A stretch of DNA of 53,579 nt, taken from IMG/VR virus record IMGVR_UViG_3300032086_004496, positions 1-53,579 of that record. One strand, 5' to 3'. The notes below the pieces were generated by a model. It saw only the letters and a program-made list of their open reading frames with translations. It was not told the origin of the DNA and did not search any database. Numbering within the stretch: the first letter of the stretch is position 1; every line of letters begins with the position of its first letter. Below, piece by piece: positions 1 through 10,356 of the stretch. Source of the DNA: a virus. Taxonomy: Duplodnaviria > Caudoviricetes. The translations under genes and the position numbers were made by a program.

Positions 1-2
1 TC

Positions 3-827
3 TTGTATTAATCTATTTGAACTTACTTGCCCTAAAACTCCAAAACGACCAAAGTAAAAGTCATAATCATCGTTGACCACATCGACACCAGAGTGGGGGC
101 CAGTCATAACTGGTAATTTGTTTCTCTGTAGAAAGTTTCTTAGTTTATGAACAGACCCAGATCGTCTAACACCTGAACCTACAACAACCATTGGCTTTTT
201 TGCTGATTTGATAGCTTCTTTCAGTTTTGCTAGTTTTTTGGAGGAGAGTCCTTTTGTTTTATTTTGTTTTGGCTCATAAACTCTAAGCTTGTCTAATTCA
301 ACACTAGCACCTTGGATGTCCAAAGGAACGTCTATCCATACTGGTCCTGGTCGTCCCGTAACACTTTTATGATGGGCTTTTTCTAGGTGAAACAAGATAT
401 CCTGTTTATCAGTCACCATGTGAGCATATTTAGTCATGCCCTTTACAACAGAGACAATATCAAATTCTTGATCTCCTATTTGTCGGCAACCTGTACCATC
501 AGATAGTTGATTAGTTGGAACTTGTCCTGAGATATAAAAAACAGGGACTGAATCAAGCCAGCTTCCTAGAAGTCCTGTTAGGGTATTCGTCCCCCCAGGT
601 CCTGTTGTCACAACAACAGCAGAATGACCTTTAATCCTTGAGTGTGCTTCGGCAGCCATGGCAGCCGATTGCTCGTGGTGTGTGCAAAAATATCCTATCT
701 CCGATTTTCCTATAGAGTCGATCAAGTGCATACATCCGCCACCAGACACGGTGTAGACATTGTCAATTCCCTTTTCTAGTAAAAAATTGATAATAAGATC
801 AGATACTTTTACTTGTTTAGTTCCCAA
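3..827 (-). CDS. Thiamine pyrophosphate-binding protein, acetolactate-synthase-like (partial, runs off window start)
   Basis: Manual translation from TTG at 827: MGTKQVKVSDLIINFLLEKGIDNVYTVSGGGCMHLIDS...HHEQSAAMAAEAHSRI...VTTGPGGTN, the TPP-enzyme N-terminal motif; missing from the ORF track because it is truncated. Confidence 0.88.
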   Translation of the reverse strand, partial: MGTKQVKVSDLIINFLLEKGIDNVYTVSGGGCMHLIDSIGKSEIGYFCTHHEQSAAMAAEAHSRIKGHSAVVVTTGPGGTNTLTGLLGSWLDSVPVFYISGQVPTNQLSDGTGCRQIGDQEFDIVSVVKGMTKYAHMVTDKQDILFHLEKAHHKSVTGRPGPVWIDVPLDIQGASVELDKLRVYEPKQNKTKGLSSKKLAKLKEAIKSAKKPMVVVGSGVRRSGSVHKLRNFLQRNKLPVMTGPHSGVDVVNDDYDFYFGRFGVLGQVSSNRLIQ

Positions 828-1567
828 GTTTCCCCCCAAAATTCTTGGATCATCTTATCATAGTCGTATATCTGTTTTTCGCTATGTACACTCCAAGTAC
901 ATTGACCCTCATGAAGTTGATAATTATACCCTAGTGTTGTTGGACAAGGGTAAATAAAGATATCATTCTCTGCTAAGTTACAAAACATATCATAATCTTC
1001 TGCTCCTCGCAACTCTTTTCTTTTTTCAATATGGGCAACTGGCTTCAAGTACTGATACAGGTCCTTGTGATAGAATACAGAGGGAGTATTAACAGGCGAT
1101 CTCTCTAGACACATTCTCTTGAATTCATCAATGTTTCGATACTTATAGACCTGATCCGCTTGTTTGAAATTATCCATCATAATTGAGATGCCTGATTGTA
1201 GACATTTTACCATTTCTTTTCTAGGCGAAATTATTTTTGAAACGCTTGATAAATACGTACTATCAATGTAATCATCAGAAGCAATAAACGTTATATACTC
1301 GGTGTCGCAATTTTCAAAAGCGTGCTCAAAAGCCTCTCTATAAGAATTCTTATAGATATTTGGTATATCAATAACTGTGATTTTTTTGCTAAACTTGTTT
1401 TGGTATCTGGTGAGAATCTCGGCAGTGGAATCAGTGCTTTCGTTATTATAGGCTACAATCTTGTAGTTATCATAATCTTGATTAATAACAGATTCCAAAC
1501 ACCTCTCTAATAGCTTTTCAGAATTATAACAAGGGACAACAATGGTTATTGATATGGGACTACTCAT
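809..1567 (-). CDS. Glycosyltransferase family 2 (GT-A)
   Basis: ITIVVPCYN...NESTDST...FIASDD motifs. Confidence 0.9.
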   Translation of the reverse strand: MSSPISITIVVPCYNSEKLLERCLESVINQDYDNYKIVAYNNESTDSTAEILTRYQNKFSKKITVIDIPNIYKNSYREAFEHAFENCDTEYITFIASDDYIDSTYLSSVSKIISPRKEMVKCLQSGISIMMDNFKQADQVYKYRNIDEFKRMCLERSPVNTPSVFYHKDLYQYLKPVAHIEKRKELRGAEDYDMFCNLAENDIFIYPCPTTLGYNYQLHEGQCTWSVHSEKQIYDYDKMIQEFWGETWELNK

Positions 1568-1872
1568 TTCCAGTCGCTCACATTCATGTTCTTATCATCT
1601 ATAAACAAATCATAATATGGCTTTCCGAATTTTAAGTCATGGTATTTTACACCCCAGTTTTTAAACTGCTCCTCCGTTAGTTCTCGCCAATCAAGACCCG
1701 TAGTTGTACCTCTTGCGGTCCAATATACAATTGTATGCCCCTCATCAAACAAGGAGTTACCTTTTTCAATGTTTTCATACAATGGTTCTGCTCTAGTATA
1801 GTCTCTATCTGTTGTTTCATCTTCATATGGATGATAACATATTGTCTCATCAATATCAATATAAATAATCAT
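1564..1872 (-). CDS. Small HAD-like phosphatase (capsule-biosynthesis phosphatase-like)
   Basis: DIDETIC, YWTARG, GKP..DLFIDDK motifs. Confidence 0.82.
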   Translation of the reverse strand: MIIYIDIDETICYHPYEDETTDRDYTRAEPLYENIEKGNSLFDEGHTIVYWTARGTTTGLDWRELTEEQFKNWGVKYHDLKFGKPYYDLFIDDKNMNVSDWK

Positions 1873-2780
1873 AATTTTTCCATTTGCTCTACACGCTTTA
1901 TATACGTGTGATTGTTTAGTATATTTTGTATGTTTTCCTGTTTATACTCTAAAAGTTCAGATTTAGTTTTTGACAATAGTTTCTTAACTTCTTCAACCAT
2001 CATCTCTGGGTCACTGGAGGTAGGAACCTCTGGGAAAAGTCTATTGAGTTGTGTGATTTCATCACTAACTAAAGCACCATTTAGCCCCAGTGTTTTAAAT
2101 GTTCTCTCGTTTGTATCAAGCCCTAAGACCCTTTGGTATTTATCATGTATATTGATACAAATTTTACTACAAGAGATAACCTTTTGTTCTTGCTCATGAG
2201 ATAGATTTTGTCCGATGAAAAAACCACATCTCATTCCGCTTTTATCATGTTCTTTCTTGAAAGCTTTTAGATGATTAATCATTATGGCTAATTTTTCATT
2301 GAAGCCGTTATTTGCTACGCCACCAACAAAACAAACATCAAATAATTCTTCTCCATTTTGTTTTTTGTAATTGACGCTATCAAAAGCCAAAGGTATAGTA
2401 ACAGGATTATTCCAAAACTTATGATGTTCTGTAACATCTCCATAAGTCCATTGTACCACACTGTCTATTTTATTAAGTTCGTCTCTTACGCTCTCTGGAC
2501 AAAGAGACTGAAAGTTTGGATGTTGTCCCCACGGGTCAGGAAACGTATTTGGTTGAACATACAGATATGTTTTGTTTGCCTTAGAGATTACATCTAAACT
2601 ATCATGCCCAACAGAACCATCTGTTGTCATAATTGAATAGTTACTATCATTTATATCAGAGATTTTATCAAAAAACTCTACTTCATACCCTTTATCTTGC
2701 CAGGCAGCGGCATATCCCCTATAGATCCAAAAACCAGCCCCATATTCTGGTGGGTGATTTTTGATATAAATTTTACTCAT
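1869..2780 (-). CDS. Glycosyltransferase, CgeB-like (Glyco_trans_1_2)
   Basis: DVCFVG, SKICINIH, NERTF, ILNNHTY..R motifs. Confidence 0.8.
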   Translation of the reverse strand: MSKIYIKNHPPEYGAGFWIYRGYAAAWQDKGYEVEFFDKISDINDSNYSIMTTDGSVGHDSLDVISKANKTYLYVQPNTFPDPWGQHPNFQSLCPESVRDELNKIDSVVQWTYGDVTEHHKFWNNPVTIPLAFDSVNYKKQNGEELFDVCFVGGVANNGFNEKLAIMINHLKAFKKEHDKSGMRCGFFIGQNLSHEQEQKVISCSKICINIHDKYQRVLGLDTNERTFKTLGLNGALVSDEITQLNRLFPEVPTSSDPEMMVEEVKKLLSKTKSELLEYKQENIQNILNNHTYIKRVEQMEKL

Positions 2781-2781
2781 T

Positions 2782-3699
2782 CTAAAACTTTTTTATTTGA
2801 TCTAAGACTTTAGCTAATCTAACCTTAGATTCATGCTCCTTCATGAACCTATTGTATCCGTTCTTTGAAATTTCTTTAATGATAGAATCATGTTTTATGA
2901 TTGTCTTATATTTTTCCAGCATTTCGTATTCATTTGTAAAGGTTATTATCTCTTTATCAATTTCGAAATATTCTTCTATACCATCGTGGTACTCTGTTAG
3001 CAATAATGTATTTGCTGCTGGAACCTCAAACATCCTAGCCTTCATTTGAGTTCTTGGTGGTGTTGAATTTGTATTCATACTAAAATTCAAACCTATTTTT
3101 GACTTTGCATGAGTCAGCATCATATCCTCATGAGATAGTCCCGAAAAAAACTTGACATCAAGATTATTATGTTTGAACATATTTTCCATTGTTATGCGTT
3201 GATTATTTTTGTTTCCAATAAAAGACATATCATACGCTTTATCTACACTGGTTGGATAAAGGTCAATATTCGTATGCCACATTCCTACAAAAATATTGTC
3301 GTAACCTATCTTTTTATATTCATCTAGAAATTCTTTTTCAGGAGTAGAACACACTGAGAAATATTTACATGCTATGCTGGAAAAGTTTGCGAATCTCCAA
3401 GTGTCGTCACAAAACCAGTTAAATGTCTTAGTTCTTCCAGATTCAGTTTCCTTTTTTATTTCTTCCCACGGCTCATAAGGTGTAAGATTAGCATCGCCCG
3501 TCATGCAGCAAAAAATAAGATCAGGCTTATAATTTTCTACAATTTTTGAAAAGTCTTTCTCTTTTGGATTCACAGTGTCATAAAAATAAACATCGTGCCC
3601 CATGGATAAAAGGGGCAAATAAACACTCCAATATCCTCCATCTATCCTTGATCCCTCTGGGCGTGGGTATGTTTTATTGATAACAAGTAATATTTTCAT
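2782..3699 (-). CDS. Glycosyltransferase, CgeB-like (Glyco_trans_1_2)
   Basis: WFCDD, DMSFIG, SKIGLN, KARMFEVPA, EEYFEIDKEI motifs. Confidence 0.85.
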   Translation of the reverse strand: MKILLVINKTYPRPEGSRIDGGYWSVYLPLLSMGHDVYFYDTVNPKEKDFSKIVENYKPDLIFCCMTGDANLTPYEPWEEIKKETESGRTKTFNWFCDDTWRFANFSSIACKYFSVCSTPEKEFLDEYKKIGYDNIFVGMWHTNIDLYPTSVDKAYDMSFIGNKNNQRITMENMFKHNNLDVKFFSGLSHEDMMLTHAKSKIGLNFSMNTNSTPPRTQMKARMFEVPAANTLLLTEYHDGIEEYFEIDKEIITFTNEYEMLEKYKTIIKHDSIIKEISKNGYNRFMKEHESKVRLAKVLDQIKKF

Positions 3700-4544
3700 A
3701 AGATGATTTCTTCTATTGTTTGTATTATTGTCTCTCTTTTATTTTTCATCTCGTTGATAAGATCTTTTCCCTTAAGAGCAAACCATTCCTCACTAGTAGC
3801 TCCAACTTTCTTGTTTGTAACAACCTTCATGCCACACATTCTAGCTTCTACAACTACCCTACAAAGAGTTTCTAGGGTTTTTGGCAGAAAAATAAAAGTA
3901 TCATTCTCTGAAAGTTTGTCCAAAAATTTTTCATATGGTAAATTACCCACAAGGTCATATGGTATTTTTTTATTATAGCAAAAAGCGATTGTTTCTGAAG
4001 TCGCTTTGATTGGGTTTAGTGACTCCCAAATAGAATATCTGCTTCTCTTATTTTTCCTAGACATAATATCAATCTTGGACAATATTTCCTCACTCCACAG
4101 ATTCCCACCCAAACTAAGTACGTTATCAATTTTTAGATTCTTTTCCACAACATGTTTGTGTAATTTACTCTGGCAAAATACACCAAGAGCGCCTTTGTAA
4201 AAATTGTAATTTATAATCTGATCTTCAGGGGCTGAATAATCTTTAAAATAAGAAGGATCACGAGTTTTTAGATATTTATGATCATGTTCGTAAATCGCAT
4301 ACTTACATCCATCCTCAGCAAAAGATCTTTTACACTCTTCACTAAGCCCAATGAAGTTAGCAATCAAAAAACGATTATCTTTATTCTGTTGGATGTATTC
4401 TGGAGTGACTCTTTGAGAATGCACCCTCTCCACATGGTGTCCCCTCTTTGACAATAAGAGAATGGCTTCTTCGTTGTTTAGTTCTCCACCACCATTTACT
4501 TGATCAGCAAAAAAGTCAGCTATAAAAGATATTTTTTTAGTCAT
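3696..4544 (-). CDS. Glycosyltransferase-like protein (GT-B)
   Basis: GGGELN N-terminus; ETLCRVVVEARMCG (E-x7-E) motif. Confidence 0.72.
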   Translation of the reverse strand: MTKKISFIADFFADQVNGGGELNNEEAILLLSKRGHHVERVHSQRVTPEYIQQNKDNRFLIANFIGLSEECKRSFAEDGCKYAIYEHDHKYLKTRDPSYFKDYSAPEDQIINYNFYKGALGVFCQSKLHKHVVEKNLKIDNVLSLGGNLWSEEILSKIDIMSRKNKRSRYSIWESLNPIKATSETIAFCYNKKIPYDLVGNLPYEKFLDKLSENDTFIFLPKTLETLCRVVVEARMCGMKVVTNKKVGATSEEWFALKGKDLINEMKNKRETIIQTIEEIIL

Positions 4545-5820
4545 AGATATCTAAGTTGTTATTTATTTCTTCTAGCCAACTTTCAATCTCTATCATTTCA
4601 TCTGGAGCTACCGATGCGATAGACTCTTGAAATTTATTAGCTATGTTATCATGAGTGTGTTCTTTTCTTAGATACTCTTGAAGTTGAAGTGCGTTGCTTT
4701 TGTGCATCTTATACGAGTCATACATGGACTTCAAATTTTTCTTGAATGACTTCTCGTCTGAAAAAGCCCATTGTGCATCTGCATCGACGACATTTTCCCA
4801 GACAGAATCTTCATTTACTGTTTGGAGATTGTATTTTGTCTTCAAAAACATTGGAGTCGATTTTACTCTTTTTGACTTTTCATTTTTTACAGGCATGTAT
4901 AGGAAATCAATGTGACCAGACCAAGCTGGTGCAATAACTGGCATACCACTATAAGCTGCTTCGTATATGGGCAATCCAAAACCCTCTCCACGAGTTGTTG
5001 TTACATAAGCATTTATTTTGTCGTTTTTAAACAAGGAGTGCATTTCATCTTCCAGGAGATTTCCATGCAAAAGATATATTTTACATTTTCTATCCTTTAT
5101 TGGCGACAACATCTGCTCAATGCTTTGAACCATATATTTTCTGTCCATGACAGAATTATTCACTTGGTTTGCTTTGATTACTAATCCAACATTTTCATCA
5201 TCTTTGAATTGTTCAGCGAACCAAACTATAGTCTCGTGAAGAGCTTTTCTTGGTCCCGCTTGAGCAATTGTAAGAAAGTTAAAATCTGTGTCTAATTCAA
5301 TACCAAGATCTGTTTCTGTTTTTAGCAACTCTTCTTTCACAGGGTAACCAATAATATCCATTGGCACTGTACATTTTAGTTTGCCTCGGAGTCCGCCTTG
5401 TTCATCTACAATATCATAGGTCGGATTGGTGAATGAATCTTTCGAGTGTTTCGAGATAACAATAACTTTATCCATTGCATTACAGAACTGAATCCATTGA
5501 GCACTGGCTTTATTTGTCTCTATGCCCGCAGTGACTCCAATATTCACTTTTGCTAGATTGGTCCACTCATTTGGAATAAGAACTTGCATTGAGACATCAT
5601 ATGACCCCTGGTAAACTTGTTGCTTTTGAACGCAATGTTCCATAAAAGATTGTAGTTCATCTTTTGCGTTATATGTCCAACTGGTCTTACCCCAACCTGT
5701 TGGTCTAATATAGATATCGTATTTATCTGGGAATTTTGCTAATGATCTAAATACACACCTAGTGTGTTCTCCATAACCACTTCTGCTAAAAATAGGTCCA
5801 ACTATAATTACTTTTTTCAT
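4537..5820 (-). CDS. Glycosyltransferase family 4 (GT-B)
   Basis: SGYGEH and GEGFGLPIYEAAYSGMPVI; start placed at ATG 5820 overlapping the upstream TGA. Confidence 0.88.
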   Translation of the reverse strand: MKKVIIVGPIFSRSGYGEHTRCVFRSLAKFPDKYDIYIRPTGWGKTSWTYNAKDELQSFMEHCVQKQQVYQGSYDVSMQVLIPNEWTNLAKVNIGVTAGIETNKASAQWIQFCNAMDKVIVISKHSKDSFTNPTYDIVDEQGGLRGKLKCTVPMDIIGYPVKEELLKTETDLGIELDTDFNFLTIAQAGPRKALHETIVWFAEQFKDDENVGLVIKANQVNNSVMDRKYMVQSIEQMLSPIKDRKCKIYLLHGNLLEDEMHSLFKNDKINAYVTTTRGEGFGLPIYEAAYSGMPVIAPAWSGHIDFLYMPVKNEKSKRVKSTPMFLKTKYNLQTVNEDSVWENVVDADAQWAFSDEKSFKKNLKSMYDSYKMHKSNALQLQEYLRKEHTHDNIANKFQESIASVAPDEMIEIESWLEEINNNLDIYD

Positions 5821-7085
5821 ATCTTGACAAACTCCCATCGATTCTTGTGATTTTTCCTAGTCTCCCAAGATCCATTTTCCTTATGTACATTTTCTAAAAT
5901 CTCAACCCATGAATTTCTCATATTTTCAAAATTGTAATTTTTATCAATATGCTTCATACCAAGCTCGCCTAGCTTTTCTCTTTCGTCTGTTGACATTTCA
6001 TACATCTTCACCATTGCATCAACAACATCGTCTTTATTCAATCTATCTTCATAAATCCAAGGCACTTGAAGCGAACCAATAACTGCTTGTGAACTTGGTT
6101 CAATCACCACCCCAAATTCAGTCTCGCCATCCGATACTTGTTCTTGGAGTCCGCCTGTTTTTGTGGCGATAACAGGGGTACCGCAAGCCAAAGACTCATT
6201 AGCAGAAAGACCAAATCCTTCGGCATCTGAAATACAAATTGTACAATCAGCTAGGTTATATAAACCCCTCATTTGTTCTGGTGGCAACTTCTGCTTACTA
6301 AACATCACTTGCCCAGTTGTTAGTCCTAAATGTTGAGTCAAAAATTCAAGAGGCTGACCATGTGGATCATTTACATCTGTATGCATCAACAAACATGTTT
6401 TATCACTCCCAACCTTATCAACAAACTCCTTGTACCAAAACAAAAGACTTCCAGTCTGTTTTCTTCGGGCGTTCCTACTATTGAAAAACAGAACAAACTT
6501 TCCCTCTAGGTTTTGAGTTTTTCTTATCTCTTTAATCATAGCTTTTTCTGCGGGTGTTTTCATTTTGAAAAACATATTTGGTGGGACCGCATGAGGAAGA
6601 TATACCTCTTTTACCTCAGGAGCTACTGTTTGAACAATATCGCTAGTAACTTTTGAAATAGTAACTACAACATCATTTGAATTGTAGTATCTGTCATTAA
6701 AAGTTGGATACGGATAGTTGTCCCAAACGTGATAATAGACTAGTGGAACATTTTCTCGAATCTCATCTTCCATTTGCCATAACCACTCATAAAAACGTGG
6801 ATCAGTCATAAACCAAACTATGTCTGGCTTATAACCAATTACATGACCTCTCAGTTGTTCTGGATTGGAATATCCATCAACTGGAACTATAATCCAGTCA
6901 TCACCATATTCTGGTGTCTTAGTAGGTGTGTAGTCTGGATGCTTAACTGCTCCGCCAAGCGATAAGACTTGAAACTTACTGGATTGTAAAAGCGCCTCAA
7001 TCATATACTTAGTTTGTGTACCAACCCCAGATGGTAAAAGCGGATGGTCACTAATTGTTAGTATTTTTATTTTCTTATCTGTCAA
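5817..7085 (-). CDS. Glycosyltransferase family 4 (GT-B)
   Basis: SDHP..SGVG, RNARRK, EGFGLSANESLACGTPVI motifs. Confidence 0.9.
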   Translation of the reverse strand: MTDKKIKILTISDHPLLPSGVGTQTKYMIEALLQSSKFQVLSLGGAVKHPDYTPTKTPEYGDDWIIVPVDGYSNPEQLRGHVIGYKPDIVWFMTDPRFYEWLWQMEDEIRENVPLVYYHVWDNYPYPTFNDRYYNSNDVVVTISKVTSDIVQTVAPEVKEVYLPHAVPPNMFFKMKTPAEKAMIKEIRKTQNLEGKFVLFFNSRNARRKQTGSLLFWYKEFVDKVGSDKTCLLMHTDVNDPHGQPLEFLTQHLGLTTGQVMFSKQKLPPEQMRGLYNLADCTICISDAEGFGLSANESLACGTPVIATKTGGLQEQVSDGETEFGVVIEPSSQAVIGSLQVPWIYEDRLNKDDVVDAMVKMYEMSTDEREKLGELGMKHIDKNYNFENMRNSWVEILENVHKENGSWETRKNHKNRWEFVKI

Positions 7086-7097
7086 AAAATTTTCCTC

Positions 7098-7937
7098 CTA
7101 CGAACAATACTCCGTCTGGTAAAACTCGCAGGTGCCAAATCGGTCTTTGCAGTTTGTACAAGCAGTCCGGTTCTTGATATAATTCTGTTTATTGATATTA
7201 TGCAACGCTTTTGTCAAGGCGTTAAGTGCATCTGTTGTTCTTTTTTTCGCTGCCGTCACCCGCACGAACTCAGCTTTTTTACCAACCTTCGCAGTTCGTT
7301 TGAGTAAGACAAAATGGCAGTCAACATCTTTCGGGTCAACTTCGTACTTCTGGGCGTAAAAGTGTTTATAGAATACGAGTTGATAGGCGAGGATTTTGTC
7401 GCTCTTCTTTTCACGACGCCATCCCCACGAGCAGGTCTTCCAGTCAATAAGGTGTATTTTCTCATCCTTCTTGGAATAAACTACAAGGTCGATAAAGCCT
7501 TTGAACTTTTTTTCTGCTTCCGTGAATTCTGTGATGGGCTCGTAGAGTTGCTCTTCGGCTGCCAGCACTTCCCAGTCCTCACCGAGTTTACCGAACTTGT
7601 CGGCAAGGCAGCGATAAAGATCAGGGATGATTTGAACGCCATTTAGCAGCCACTCTTTGAGGGCAAAATCCCTTTTGGCTTCTAGTTGGGCATCATCGGG
7701 CAGGGCGTTGAGTTCGGCGATGAATTGCTCTTTAACTAGCGCCTCAATCGTGCCAGGCTCTCTATACTTTTCGGGAGAAGTCAAAGTAAATTCACAAACA
7801 GTGTGAATAGCTTTCCCAAAAGCAGTATAAATGTTGCCCTCAAACTGAGCAATCTTGTCAATGTAAGTAAGTTTGTGGTAGTGAGGGCAGATGTGCCAAT
7901 TCTTCCACTCGGAATACGAAATGTGTTTACCGGCCAA
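7098..7937 (-). CDS. PD-(D/E)XK nuclease, Cas4/RecB-like
   Basis: ISYS..CP, FGKAIH, GFIDLV, IDWKT, QLVFY and C-terminal Cys cluster. Confidence 0.85.
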   Translation of the reverse strand: MAGKHISYSEWKNWHICPHYHKLTYIDKIAQFEGNIYTAFGKAIHTVCEFTLTSPEKYREPGTIEALVKEQFIAELNALPDDAQLEAKRDFALKEWLLNGVQIIPDLYRCLADKFGKLGEDWEVLAAEEQLYEPITEFTEAEKKFKGFIDLVVYSKKDEKIHLIDWKTCSWGWRREKKSDKILAYQLVFYKHFYAQKYEVDPKDVDCHFVLLKRTAKVGKKAEFVRVTAAKKRTTDALNALTKALHNINKQNYIKNRTACTNCKDRFGTCEFYQTEYCS

Positions 7938-7948
7938 GATATCACTTT

Positions 7949-8617
7949 CTAGAAAAAGTTTAGGTTATGCAATTCATCAATCTTGTCATAAAGTCTAGGA
8001 CTTATTTTTTCAAGAATGTCTTTCTTCCCTAAGTAGTAGTATTCAAATCCAGTGGCAAAATATTCTCTCAAAGAAACTGCTGCATAAGGTCTGACAAAGC
8101 TGCCATATGTCATCATTTTCAAAGTATTTTTACCAATTCTGTTGTACAAAAAATTGTCAAATCTTTCATCATACTTTAGATTATCAAAATCATAATCATC
8201 TGTCCAATATCCATCTGATCTGATTTCAAATTTAAGCTCACTTCTTTTCTTGATGAATTCATCAATAATAGATCGGTCACCATATATTTCTTCTGGGTAT
8301 AAAGTTTCTACATGGTGTGCCATCTCATGTACTAAATCATCTAGCAGATCATTAGCATTATCTTGGTCGTTTGTAATGAAAAGCGTATTATCTCTATAAA
8401 GAGCATTTATTTTTCTTGTTTGAAACTCTTCGAAATCGCCGATCATAACTTTTTCAAGATCTTTGTAATAATGAGAGGGCATATTATTCTCAACTGCCTT
8501 CAGAACAGCATTGATATCGACTCCATTCATCATTGGGTCCATTTCTACAACATCAATCCCACCAAACCTGAAGTGTTTAGTTGTGTTCTTTGTCTTATTC
8601 TTGATGTATTCTTTCAT
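7949..8617 (-). CDS. Putative zincin metallopeptidase
   Basis: HEMAH (HExxH) plus downstream REYFA glutamate. Confidence 0.6.
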   Translation of the reverse strand: MKEYIKNKTKNTTKHFRFGGIDVVEMDPMMNGVDINAVLKAVENNMPSHYYKDLEKVMIGDFEEFQTRKINALYRDNTLFITNDQDNANDLLDDLVHEMAHHVETLYPEEIYGDRSIIDEFIKKRSELKFEIRSDGYWTDDYDFDNLKYDERFDNFLYNRIGKNTLKMMTYGSFVRPYAAVSLREYFATGFEYYYLGKKDILEKISPRLYDKIDELHNLNFF

Positions 8618-9927
8618 AATATTTCGGCAGCTAGAGTTGCCAATTTTGACCTTTCACCTTTATAGAGAGTAACGTGACCAGAAATGTCATATTTCTTAAA
8701 TTTTTCCACAGCATGAGCCAAACCATTCGAAACAGAATCAACATATGAGTTATCTATTTGCTGGATATCTCCTGTTAGAACCAACTTAGTTCCATGACCT
8801 ACTCTAGTTATTATAGTCTTAAGTTCATGTGCTGTTAAGTTCTGAGCCTCGTCTACAATCATAAAAGCGTTTGAAATAGAACGACCACGAATATAAGTCA
8901 TAGCTTCTATTTCGATAACACCTTGTTCCATGTGCATATCAAGCGCTGATTTATCCCCAAAGAGATATTCTAGATTGTCCCTGAGAGGGGCAATCCAGGG
9001 CATCATTTTTTCTTCTAATGTACCAGGTAAAAATCCTATATCACGACCCATAGGTTGAACTGGTCGAGTTATAATTAGCTTGTCATATCCACCTTGGGAT
9101 CTCGTAGTATTCAAGACTTGTTCCAGTCCACATGCAGCAGCAATAAGTGTCTTGCCAGTACCAGCTTGCCCAGTAAGAGACATGATGTGTATATCTTTAT
9201 CAAACAGTAAATCCATGGCATACTTCTGCTCTTTATTGTTAGCAGACAACCCCCATATATCCTTATATGTGTAGACTTTCCTAAGTTCGGTTGACTCATT
9301 CTTATACCTACACATAGCTGTTTTTTTAGGATCTGCCTCAGACTTCAATAAAAGATATTGATTTGGAAACAATTTCTTCTTATGTTCTGGTAAAAATAAA
9401 GAACCATCATCAGATGCATAGAATTCATCTACGAAACTATCTGGGACTTCTATCTCTTCTGTCCCATCGAACATTTTCTCAACAGATGTGATAGCCTGTT
9501 GTGGCTGGTAATCGTAACATTCTAGTCCAAAAGAGTCACACTTGACTCTCATGTTTAAGTCACGGGACACAACCGCCACATGGTGACCTTCAATTTTTAG
9601 TCTGAGTGCTATAGCAATTATTTTATTGTCTGAATCATTGGGATCCATTCCAGATGGCATATACCTTGGATCATATTGTGCTGCAAAAAGTTTACCTTTT
9701 CCTCTGCCCAGAGGAACTCCCATCAGTAAACTTCCTTTTGACCTTAGTTGATCTAAAGTTCTATTGACAATTCTAGCATTCAGACCAGCAGTATCCTGTC
9801 TGTGTTTATGTCTGTCAATCTCATCTAAAACTATTGTTGGGACAGCTATATTATTCTTTCCAAACGAGAATAAAGAATTATTTTCTGTCAAATATACGTT
9901 GGTATCTAGTATTATTGTTTTTATCAT
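8614..9927 (-). CDS. phoH: PhoH-family ATPase with N-terminal PIN domain (PhoH2 type)
   Basis: LDTNV..DE.D..D PIN motifs; GQAGTGKT, RDIGFLPG, YIRGRS, DEAQN, TGDIQQID. Confidence 0.93.
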   Translation of the reverse strand: MIKTIILDTNVYLTENNSLFSFGKNNIAVPTIVLDEIDRHKHRQDTAGLNARIVNRTLDQLRSKGSLLMGVPLGRGKGKLFAAQYDPRYMPSGMDPNDSDNKIIAIALRLKIEGHHVAVVSRDLNMRVKCDSFGLECYDYQPQQAITSVEKMFDGTEEIEVPDSFVDEFYASDDGSLFLPEHKKKLFPNQYLLLKSEADPKKTAMCRYKNESTELRKVYTYKDIWGLSANNKEQKYAMDLLFDKDIHIMSLTGQAGTGKTLIAAACGLEQVLNTTRSQGGYDKLIITRPVQPMGRDIGFLPGTLEEKMMPWIAPLRDNLEYLFGDKSALDMHMEQGVIEIEAMTYIRGRSISNAFMIVDEAQNLTAHELKTIITRVGHGTKLVLTGDIQQIDNSYVDSVSNGLAHAVEKFKKYDISGHVTLYKGERSKLATLAAEIL

Positions 9928-9970
9928 GATAACCTCATAAATCCTTGTTCTTTAAATAGTTTTCATGAAA

Positions 9971-9994
9971 CAAAAAAGCCGCCCGAAGGCGGCT
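9971..9994 (-). terminator. Rho-independent terminator after tmRNA
   Basis: Minus strand AGCCGCC-TTCG-GGCGGCT followed by a T-run. Confidence 0.85.
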
Positions 9995-10317
9995 GGTGGA
10001 GGTAGGGAGAATCGAACTCCCGTCTTGCCTAGTTCCATAGAGAGGTCGTTCACAAGGTTAGGTCTGTTTTTATCGTCAGACAGCCCACTTGACTAGAGAG
10101 TTTTGTTATGGTCAAAACAATCAAAAACACATAAGGGACAAATATACGGCTTTCTGTTTTTTGGCTGCCGTCGCCTCAAGTCAAGTCAGGTTATTAAGCT
10201 GCTTGTGCTAGTTGAAAATCGTCGTTTGCGATTAGAAGTTAAGCGTTTTTAGTGAGCCACGCTTCCCTCACCCTTGCACCTTTTCTACTTTCCTATCAAT
10301 CGATACCGTTTACCCCC
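9994..10317 (-). ncRNA. ssrA: tmRNA, tag peptide ANDDFQLAQAA (10229-10197)
   Basis: 5' GGGGGTA pairs with 3' TACCTCC-ACCA with a G3:U wobble; T-arm GTTCGATTC; internal tag frame ending AA-TAA-TAA. Confidence 0.95.
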
Positions 10318-10327
10318 TTATGAATAA

Positions 10328-10356
10328 ACTATACAATAGTTTAGAATACTTGTCAA
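10328..10356 (-). promoter_or_regulatory. Sigma70-like promoter of tmRNA
   Basis: TTGACA-N17-TATAGT about 10 nt upstream of the mature 5' end. Confidence 0.75.
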
